Below are positions 23,184 through 32,000 of a DNA stretch of 32,000 bases, piece after piece. This DNA is from Candidatus Saccharimonadota bacterium (GTDB lineage: Bacteria; Bacillota_I; Bacilli_A; Mycoplasmatales; Hepatoplasmataceae). The stretch lies in assembly GCA_027925325.1 (NCBI GenBank), contig AP027133.1, forward strand, positions 360,001 through 392,000, given 5' to 3'. The notes below the pieces were generated by a model. The model did no database searches. It saw nothing but the letters and a program-made list of their open reading frames with translations, and was not told the DNA's origin. Both the position numbers and the translations under genes were made by a program. How positions within the stretch are numbered: the stretch's first letter is position 1; each line of letters begins with the position of its first letter.

Positions 23184-24155
23184 CTATTCTAATAAATTCC
23201 TATTTAAATCTTTTATTTCTTTTATTAAGCTTAATAATTTCTTTTTATCTTTTATTTTCACTCCTGCTGCTAACTTATGACCTCCTCCACCATATTTTTG
23301 TGCAATTTTATTCACTGCTATTTTTCTTGATCTTAAAGAAACAGAAAAAAGTTTATCTTTATAATTATAAATAGCATAAAGAGCGATATTTGTATTATTA
23401 TTTAGCATTAAAACTGAGACAAAATGCGTAATCTTTTCAAAATCTAATTTAAATTTTTTTGCTAAATTTTTTTTACCGACAAAATAAGCAAAATCATCTT
23501 CTTGTTTATAATGATTTATTACATAAGCTTGATATTTTAAATCTTTTTCTGTAATCGTATTCAATAATTTATAAATCTTATCTGCTTTAAATCCTTCTAT
23601 TTGATAAATTGCTTGTAAAACTCTAAAAGTATCACTATTAACCGAAGGATAAGAAAATCTTCCTGTATCCGTTAAAATTCCCAAAAACAAATAATTAGCA
23701 ATTTTGCTATTTATTTTAAGATTATTATTTGTTTTTAAATAATTAATTAGATCAAATATAATTTCTGAACAAGAAGAACGATTATAATTGACATATTTTA
23801 ATTTCGCCCCATAATTATCAATTTGTGGGTGATGATCAATTTTAATAATCTCTCTTCCTAATTGATAATTACTATTTGCGATTCTCTCTTTATTAGCCGT
23901 ATCACAGATAATAATTAAGGCATTCTTAAAATCATCTTGTTCTGGATTATCTTCTTTTTTAAAAAAAATAGGCAACCAATTAAGATCATCTTCATGCGCA
24001 AGCATTATTTTCTTATTTGGAAAATTAATCTTTAAGAATATAAAAAGTCCATACTGGCTACCAAGTGCATCGCCATCAGGATTTTTATGTCTATGAATAA
24101 TTATTTTTTGATAATCTTCTATTTTTTTTAAAAAATCATTACTAAATTTTTCCAC
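23184..24155 (-). CDS. nrnA: DHH/DHHA1 family phosphoesterase, NrnA-like nanoRNase / pAp phosphatase (323 aa)
   Basis: Intact ORF. Motifs HRHKNPDGDALGS, ICDTAN, KIDHHPQ and C-terminal GGGGHKLAAG. Apparent GTG start at 24155, with an in-frame TAA three codons upstream. Confidence 0.8.
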   Translation of the reverse strand: MEKFSNDFLKKIEDYQKIIIHRHKNPDGDALGSQYGLFIFLKINFPNKKIMLAHEDDLNWLPIFFKKEDNPEQDDFKNALIIICDTANKERIANSNYQLGREIIKIDHHPQIDNYGAKLKYVNYNRSSCSEIIFDLINYLKTNNNLKINSKIANYLFLGILTDTGRFSYPSVNSDTFRVLQAIYQIEGFKADKIYKLLNTITEKDLKYQAYVINHYKQEDDFAYFVGKKNLAKKFKLDFEKITHFVSVLMLNNNTNIALYAIYNYKDKLFSVSLRSRKIAVNKIAQKYGGGGHKLAAGVKIKDKKKLLSLIKEIKDLNRNLLE

Positions 24156-24226
24156 AGTTATTTAATATTTAATTTTTTCAAGTTTATTATAAATAATAAT
24201 AAGTTTTTTTATCTTTTTTTTTGATT

Positions 24227-25717
24227 TTAATCCTCTTCTGTTTCAATTAATCCCATTGTTTTAAGTCAATCTCAAGATTGGCCATCAAATGAATAGATAT
24301 ATTTTAACCCTTCCGCTGTAATTCCTGTTGGATGATATAAAATTCCATCAGTTGTAAAAGATGTATTTTTACCGGTTAAAACTAAAATTGGATCGGTTGC
24401 TAATGTGTAATAAACCGGTTGAATAAAATCTGTTGTCGTTTCGGTATCAGGAAGATAATAAAAGCCATTTTCATCTAAATCTGCTGCTGTTATCGTATCA
24501 TAACCTCAAGTTAAATCCTGATTTAAATTAATTTGCTCTGTCCTTGTAATATCATCAATATCATATCCTCTTGATTGCGTTCCTAAAAATGAATTTGGAC
24601 TAGCACCATTATTTTTGATTGCAAAAGCTTGTCCAGAATCATGATTATTTAAAGTAAGTGTAAAGTTAAAATTATAATCGGTGTCACCTTGATAATAATC
24701 TTGTAATCAGATTGTAAGATAATCACTAAAACCAAGATAATTGTCGATCCCTCTACTTAAAGCATTTAATGTCGGTTGAACGGTTCCCGATCCTTCCAAA
24801 GTAAGAATCAAACTAACATTTTTACCACTACTATTATTTGAAACAAAATTATCAACTGTTCAATCAGAATTAATTGTCGCCAAATTAGTAGCAAAATTTG
24901 CTAAGTAAAATTCAAATTCTTGATCAGATAGTAAATAATCAGAATTAAAATCATCTGGTTGGTATGATTTTGCAATATCATTCACAATTAATTGCGCCTG
25001 TTCAGAAAAGGCGACTCAATTAAAAAAAATAAAGCTAAAAACAAAATATTTGATATACCCCGGTTCTATTACATAATCTTTGAAATATTGCTCTTGCTCT
25101 GCTGTAAGCGTTTCTAAAACTCAATTATCTCCTCAAATTGTCTGATCGATATCTCTTCCTGTCGTATTACTAAACATAATATTATTGTTGATAATTGGAG
25201 CAACTGAAGCAGGAACACGAAATCAAATATTTAATGATGCAAGCATTGGATAACCATCAGAATTATAATCAACATAACCAGGTTCATTAGGATTAGTATT
25301 ATCAGGATTAATATCATCTGTATAAAGTTCTAATGCTTTTAATTTCCCATTTGGATTTGAAATTGGATCATAAAGATCAAATTCGCTCACACTCTTTCCA
25401 AGATAACCGATTGAATTTGCTGATTGTTCGATTCCTGTTAACATTTGTTCTTGATTTTGTGCTCATACAATATCATGATTTCAATATTGATAATCTTTTT
25501 CAACACCGATATAATCATTAAAATTTGTTCCTGTTCCGGTAATATTTGCATCAAAACCAAACACATAGATTGATTTTGTTTTATTGGAACTAGTAAAAAC
25601 TATTGGAAGAAAAATCACAAGAAAAATCGTAATAATAAGAAAAAGGGAAATAGTTATTTTCCCTCAACTAGAAGCAAAGAAATATTTAATTTTTAATGTT
25701 ATTTCTTTAAATTTCAT
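24227..25717 (-). CDS. Membrane-anchored extracytoplasmic protein, PstS-like, paralog B (496 aa)
   Basis: ATG at 25717, TAA at 24229..24227. Collinear with paralog A from MKFKEITLKIKYFF to GLIETEED, with the same signal-anchor and the motif NSIGYLGKS. Confidence 0.6.
24870..25236. repeat. High-identity core (copy 2) shared with 22333..22699
   Basis: See copy 1: same length, no indels, encodes the same central protein segment (NIWFRVPASVAPIINNNIMFSNTTG...FATNLATIN). Confidence 0.8.
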
Positions 25718-25833
25718 ATTAGAATTAATTTATAATTTTATTCTATAAATCTTCCGTAAATAAAACAATTTTAAATTATTAAGCAATTAATTTTTCCATT
25801 CTTAATTATAAAATAATAATTAATTAAAAATTA

Positions 25834-26769
25834 TTAATTTTTAAAGATTGATTTTCCATTCATAATTTTAGCAATTGTCTGTATTTTTTTACCAGGAACA
25901 ATAATTTTTGTAAAAATAATTATTCCATCAATTGTTTGAAAAAAAATCCCTTTTTTTTCCATTTTTAAAAAAGTTCCTGGTTTAGCATTAATTTCATCTT
26001 TTGCTAATAATTTATATTCAGATTCCAAAATAAATATTTCTTTATCTTTATATAATAATTTTGCTTTTGGTTTTGGATTCAATGCGCGGATTTTATTATA
26101 TATTTCAATCGTCTTTTTACTAAAATCAATCACTTGTAAATCTGGAGAAATTTTTCCTCAATAACTTACCTTATGTTGATCTTGTCTGATTCTTATCAAT
26201 TTATGATCAAAAAATCTTTGCAAAATAATGGCGATTTTTTCTTTAATTAAAGAATAAATTTTTTGTTCTAAACTTAAATAAGTATCATCATCAGCAATTT
26301 TTATTTTACTTTGATAAAAATAATCACCGGCGTCCATTTCTTCAACCATTTCCATTAGACTAAATCCTGTTTCTTTTTCGCCATTTAAAATTGCTTGCTG
26401 AATTGGGTTTGCCCCTCTTCCTTTTGGCAATAAAGAGGCATGAATATTAAGATTTGCTAATTTTGCTAATTTTAATAAAGCAGGTTTAAGAATTTGTCCA
26501 AACGATAATGTTACGAGAAGATCAAAATCCAAATTTTTAAATTTATCAATATCATCATTAATATTTATCGTTTTGATTAAATTTAAATGATGTTTTTTGG
26601 CAAATGAAGCAACAGGAGTAGGAACTAATTTAGAATGGTTACGACCAATTTTTTGATCTATTGTTGTAACAACAGCGATTATTTTAAATCTTTTATCACT
26701 AACTAATGCTTCTAATCCCGCAAGCGAAATATGTGAATTTCCCAAAAATAAAACTTTTATTTCTTTCAT
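25834..26769 (-). CDS. fmt: Methionyl-tRNA formyltransferase (311 aa)
   Basis: ORFs 26158..26769 and 25834..26133 are in frame. Catalytic motif NIHASLLPKGRGANPIQQAILNGEKETG. Confidence 0.9.
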
Positions 26770-26774
26770 ATTTT

Positions 26775-28016
26775 TTAATCCTTTTGTTTATATATTTTAT
26801 TTAAAAAATCTTCAATTTTTAAAGTGAAAGTTTCCTTTTTATGATATTCACGATAAGATATCTGTTTATTTTTCACTTCATTATCACCGATTATGATTTG
26901 ATATTTATATTTTTGTTGTTGATAAAAACGAATTTTATATCCCAATCTTTCATTTTGATGATCGAGTTTAACTCTAAAATTATTATTTAATAACTTTAGA
27001 TAAATCTCTTTTGCATAATCTAAATGAAATTTATTGTTAATGGGTAAGATAATAATTTGGTTGGGAGCCAATCAAAAAGGAAAATTTCCTTTTGTTTGTT
27101 CTAACAAAATAGCAATAAATCTTTCATATGTTCCGATCAACCCACGATGAATTATAATTGGCATTACATTTTTTGAATCTTTATCTAAATATTTTAAAGA
27201 AAATCTTTCAGGTAAAAAGAAATCTAATTGTATCGTTGAAACAGTAATTAAATGTCCGAGTGCTGTCTTAATTTGAATATCAATTTTAGGACCATAAAAG
27301 GCCGCTTCTCCTTTTTTTTCGACAAATTTTACTTTATTTTTAAGTAAAAAATTCCGCAAAATATTTTCGGCATAATCCCATTTTTTCTTATCACCATGAT
27401 ATTTTTTAAGATCTTTTTCGTCTCTTAAGGCAAGTTCGATATATTCAATTTTAATATTAAATTTTAAAAGAATCTTTTCAATTAAATTCAAAACACTTTT
27501 AATCTCTGCTTCTAATTGATCTTCTTTTAAAAAAATATGCGAATCAGTTAATTCCATCGCTCTTGTTCTTTCAAGACCAAGTAATGCTCCAGAAGGTTCA
27601 AATCTAAATTGATTGACATTTTCAGCAAATCTTAAAGGTAATTCTTTATAAGACCTCGGTTTACTTTTGTAAATCATAATATGATGGGGACATGCCATCG
27701 GTCTTAAAACCAATTCTTCTTCTCCTTTAAATTTCATCACCGGAAACATACTTTCTTTATAAAGTTGATAATGCCCTGATTGTTTATATAAATCTAAATG
27801 ACCAATCTCTGGTGTTTCAACATGAATAAAATCATATTCTTGTTCTTTTTTATAAAGATAATCATGAATTACTTTTTTAAGTTTGACACCGTTCTCTAAT
27901 CAAATCGGAAATCCTTTTCCAATATTTTCATCGATATAAAAAATCTCTAATTCTTTTGCAAGTTTACGATGATCATGTTGTTTTTCGTTAGTATTTTCCT
28001 TAATTTTCTTTTCCAT
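26775..28016 (-). CDS. thrS: Threonyl-tRNA synthetase, catalytic plus anticodon-binding domains only (413 aa); N-terminal TGS/editing region absent
   Basis: ATG at 28016..28014; I translated 89 codons by hand down to the track ORF at 27749. The protein opens MEKKIKENTNEKQHDHRKLAKELEIFYID, corresponding to the DHRKLG segment that begins the catalytic core in full-length ThrRS. It has LRPMACPHH (zinc site) and HRGLIGTYERFIAILLE. tpiA ends 18 nt upstream, leaving no room for an N-terminal domain. Confidence 0.9.
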
Positions 28017-28033
28017 ATAATTTTTTTCCGAAA

Positions 28034-28810
28034 TTAATCTTGATCATAAGTAATTAATTTAAAAAATGAATCGGGGTCAAGTGAAGCACCGCCGACTAAA
28101 GCTCCATCAATATCTTTTTGCTTCATTAGTTCTTTAATATTTTCTGGCTTTACCGAACCACCATATTGAATTCTTATTTTTTCAGCAATTTTTAAATCAT
28201 AAATATCAGCGACAATTTCACGAGCTTTTTTGATTGTATCTTGTGCTTGCTTTGGTGTCGCTGTTTTTCCTGTTCCGATCGCTCAAATTGGTTCATATGC
28301 TAAAATTACTCGCTCAATCTGTCCCTTACTAATTCCAGCTAATCCTTCCTTTAATTGCTTTTCAATTACATCATTAGTTTTATTTTTTTCAAATTCTGCT
28401 AAACTTTCTCCAAAAGCAAGTATCGGAATAATCGAAGAATTTAAAGCGGCTTTTACTTTTAAATTAACTGTTTTATTGGTCTCATTAAAATATTGGCGAC
28501 GTTCAGAATGACCGACAATTCCATATCTAACTCCCAATTGTTCAAGCATCGGCAGTGAAACTTCACCTGTAAATGGACCTTCATCTTGATAATGAAAATT
28601 TTGTGCACAAAGATCAATTTCAATTCCTTTATTATTACCATGATCATGCGGCATAATATAAGGTAATGTAACAAAAGTAGCAGCAATTGCAAAATCACAA
28701 TTTATCTTTTGATTATGTAGTTTATGTTCTAATTTATGTAAAAAAATATGTCCATTTTCTGGCCCATTGTACATTTTTCAATTACCGATAATTATTTTTC
28801 TTCTTTTCAT
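28034..28810 (-). CDS. tpiA: Triosephosphate isomerase (258 aa)
   Basis: ATG at 28810. Motifs IIGNWKM, GHSERR and AYEPIWAIGTG, where the invariant Trp is the TGA at 28283..28285, and YGGSV. Confidence 0.93.
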
Positions 28811-28828
28811 GATTTTCTCTTTTCTTTC

Positions 28829-30028
28829 TTATTTATCATTAATTGCAGCAATTCCCGGTAATTCTTTTCCTTCTAAAAATTCCATTGAAGAACCACCACC
28901 GGTTGAAATATGACTAATTTTATCTTCAATTCCCATTTCAATTGCCATCGCAGCAGAATCACCACCACCAATAATTGTAATTGCATCTTTTAAATTTATT
29001 AATTCATCAGCAATCGCTTTTGATCCCGCTTGATAATTTTTAAATTCAGTAACACCAAAAGGACCATTTCAAATGATTGTTTTTGCACCTTTTAATTCTT
29101 TTTTGATCATTTTAATTGTTTTTGGCCCAATATCAAGACCCATTAAATTATCAGGAATATCTTCATATGCCTTTCCTTTAACATCTTTGTATTCTGGCGT
29201 ACAAATTGAATCAGAAGCGATAATTAATTTATGAGGATATTTATTCATTAAATCTTTTGCTAAATCGATCTTTTCTGGTTCAGCAAGTGATTTTCCAATT
29301 TTTTTACCCATTGCAAGATGAAATGTATAACACATTGCTGTACCGATAATAACTTTATCTGCTTTTTTTGCCAAAGCATCGATTACATTAATTTTATCTG
29401 ATACTTTTGCTCCTCCTAATAAAGCAATAAATGGTCTTTTTGGATTTGAAATTGCATCATGTAAAAATTTAATTTCTTTTTCAATTAAAAAACCAACTAC
29501 CGATTCATTAATATGTTTTGCAATTCCAACATTTGAAGCATGCGAGCGATGTGCCGTTCCAAATGCATCGTTTACAAAAAAATCACCTAAAGATGCTCAA
29601 TATTTTCCTAATTTTGGATCATTTTTTGATTCATAATTAACAATTTCACCATTTTTAACATCTTCAAAACGTGTATTTTCAATCATCAAAATTGAACGAT
29701 TTTCCATATTATTTATCGCTTGTTCAAGTTCTAAACCACGCGTTTTTTCAATAAAAGTAATTGGATGTAAAGAGATTTTTGCAAATTCACTTGCTACGGC
29801 TTTTAAAGATTTACTTCTCTTATCTTCTTCACTTTTGATTCTACCAAGATGTGAAAATAAAACTATTTTAGCATCTTTTTTTAATAAATATTCTATCGTT
29901 GGTAAAGCTGCTAAAATTCTTGCATTATTTTTTACTTTTCCATTTTCAAGCGGAACATTAAAATCAACACGAACAAGCGCTATCTTGCCTTTTATATTTT
30001 TAAGATCATATAATGTTTTCTTTTTCAT
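28829..30028 (-). CDS. pgk: Phosphoglycerate kinase (399 aa)
   Basis: Fragments 29597..30028 and 29069..29374 and the tail to TAA 28831..28829 are in frame. Opens with RVDFNVP, followed by SHLGR. Confidence 0.95.
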
Positions 30029-30103
30029 TATTTTCCTTATCTAATTTATATAAATATAATTAAATACATTATTATTTATGTAATATTTTAGTTATTATAT
30101 CAA

Positions 30104-30112
30104 ATAAAAAAC
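30104..30112 (-). promoter_or_regulatory. Possible extended -10 (TGATATAAT) for pgk
   Basis: The minus strand reads TGATATAAT about 75 nt upstream of the pgk ATG and downstream of the gap terminator. In DNA this AT-rich such hexamers also arise by chance. Confidence 0.3.
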
Positions 30113-30158
30113 AGCCTTTATAATAAATAACATTCTTTAAATTTAATAAAATTTGCAT

Positions 30159-30188
30159 AAAAAAATAACCCTTATTTTTAAGAGTTAT
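30159..30188 (-). terminator. Rho-independent terminator after gap
   Basis: The minus-strand transcript forms AUAACUCUUA-AAAA-UAAGGGUUAU, a 10-bp stem. Its single irregular pair is G-U on the minus strand but a C-A mismatch on the plus strand. The stem is followed by a run of six U. Confidence 0.6.
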
Positions 30189-30213
30189 TTTCTAATTTAA
30201 ATCGTATTATATA

Positions 30214-31254
<1,041 letters not shown>

Positions 31255-31341
31255 CTATTATATAATTTTTATCTCTAAAATGATTAAAATTAGTTGTAGT
31301 TTGTTAAAATATTATATAAATATAAGAAAACGGAGAACGAT

Positions 31342-31524
31342 ATGGCACAAATGGCTATTGCTCAAGGAAGAAGCAGAGATGCTTTAGCAAGAGAGATATT
31401 AAATATCATAAATCAAGTAGGACAAGACAAAATTATAAGTGTAATGCTTGATGAAACAGGTAGATTAGCTAATCGCGGTGGATTACTATCTCTTTCTAAA
31501 GCTTATGTTTTTTATAAAAATTAA
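31342..31524 (+). CDS. Small hypothetical protein (60 aa)
   Basis: ATG preceded by GGAG with 6-nt spacing and followed by a strong terminator. No TGA codons. The first 60 nt are about 40 percent G+C by my count, well above the surroundings. I recognise no family. Confidence 0.5.
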   Translation: MAQMAIAQGRSRDALAREILNIINQVGQDKIISVMLDETGRLANRGGLLSLSKAYVFYKN

Positions 31525-31548
31525 TTTTATATTAATATCAAATTAAGA

Positions 31549-31586
31549 AGCAAAAGGCAAATAAATTTTTGTCTTTTGCTTTTTTT
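31549..31586 (+). terminator. Rho-independent terminator after the 60-aa ORF
   Basis: AGCAAAAGGC (31549..31558) pairs with GTCTTTTGCT (31571..31580): 9 Watson-Crick pairs plus one G-U. The loop is 12 nt, followed by TTTTTT. Confidence 0.65.
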
Positions 31587-31606
31587 ATAATACTATTTAA
31601 TTAAAA

Positions 31607-32000
31607 ATGAATTCTTTAGTAGATGTATTATTTGATACAAGTGGGGAAATACTTTATTTTATTTTTGGCTGATTATTTCTTGCAATTGTTATTTTTCAAT
31701 TTCTAAATTATTTCTTTGAAGATAAATGAGAAGTAATGATAGCTGAAAAGCAAAAAAGCGATATCTTAATCGGCGGATTATTTGGATTTATTCCTGGATG
31801 TGGCGGTACTATTTTTTTAATCAATCTTTTTAAAGAAGAAAAAATTGGTTTAGGGACTCTAGTTGCTTCTTTTATTACAACTGTTGGAGAGGTATCACTT
31901 ATCTTAATTGTGATTGATCCATTACTTTTAATTTATATCTCAGTCATAAGTTATATTGCTGCAATTATTGTTGGTTACATTGTTAAATATTCAAAAATTC
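31607..32000 (+). CDS. Integral membrane protein, partial (runs off the right edge); resembles the ArsP_2 / putative manganese-transporter permease family
   Basis: ATG at 31607, two in-frame TGA (FGWLF, EDKWEV). Hydrophobic helices and the motif GGLFGFIPGCGGTIF...TTVGEVSLILIV fit my recollection of the GxIPGC...GDE pattern of that family. The family call is tentative. Confidence 0.5.

Noticed and set aside
28230-28511. Plus-strand 93-aa ORF, and similar plus-strand track ORFs at 30896..31243, 29835..30044, 20315..20530, 6680..6886, 22658..22852 and 25333..25521.
   Set aside because: Each lies antisense to a strongly supported minus-strand gene (tpiA, gap, pgk, pstCA, pdhD, PstS-like A and B). 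Their translations are low-complexity mirror images of the sense codons and none has an RBS or family signature.
31342-31524. Possible SRP (4.5S) or other small RNA, because of raised G+C and a GGAAGAAGCAGAG string reminiscent of the SRP domain IV motif.
   Set aside because: I could not build the required helix-8 pairing (no complementary 5' strand, no GNRA-closed stem). The region has a well-placed RBS, an ATG and a 60-codon open frame ending just before a terminator, so a small CDS is the simpler reading.

Overview
Very AT-rich window (about three quarters A+T by eye) from a Mollicutes-type genome that reads TGA as Trp (genetic code 4). The standard-code ORF track therefore splits almost every gene. 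Rejoining fragments across in-frame TGA gives about 27 tightly packed CDSs, nearly all on the minus strand, and I checked by hand that no TAA/TAG interrupts the main joins. In minus-strand transcription order (descending coordinates): gap, pgk, tpiA, thrS, fmt; PstS-like paralog B, DHH/NrnA phosphoesterase, PstS-like paralog A, fused pstCA permease, pstB with a long N-terminal extension; a GIY-YIG nuclease gene; lepA; a DUF262/DUF1524 (GmrSD-type) nuclease gene; NADH oxidase; then ackA, pta, pdhC, pdhD, a single-ORF E1 alpha/beta fusion, lplA, a PnuC-like transporter; and hrcA-grpE-dnaK behind a sigma-70-like promoter with two CIRCE-like operators. Plus-strand genes are a thiamine pyrophosphokinase divergent from ackA, a 60-aa G+C-enriched ORF with its own RBS and terminator, and a partial membrane protein at the right edge. 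I found no rRNA, tRNA, CRISPR array or IS element. This is mostly core metabolism and I see no clear multi-gene novel system. The most unusual points are: a ~245-aa coiled-coil extension fused to PstB, with no phoU downstream; a ThrRS lacking the whole N-terminal TGS/editing region; a fused E1 alpha/beta; two PstS-like paralogs with a much more conserved central block; two nuclease genes bracketing lepA; and a perfect 24-bp palindrome in the ackA/thiamine-kinase divergent promoter region.
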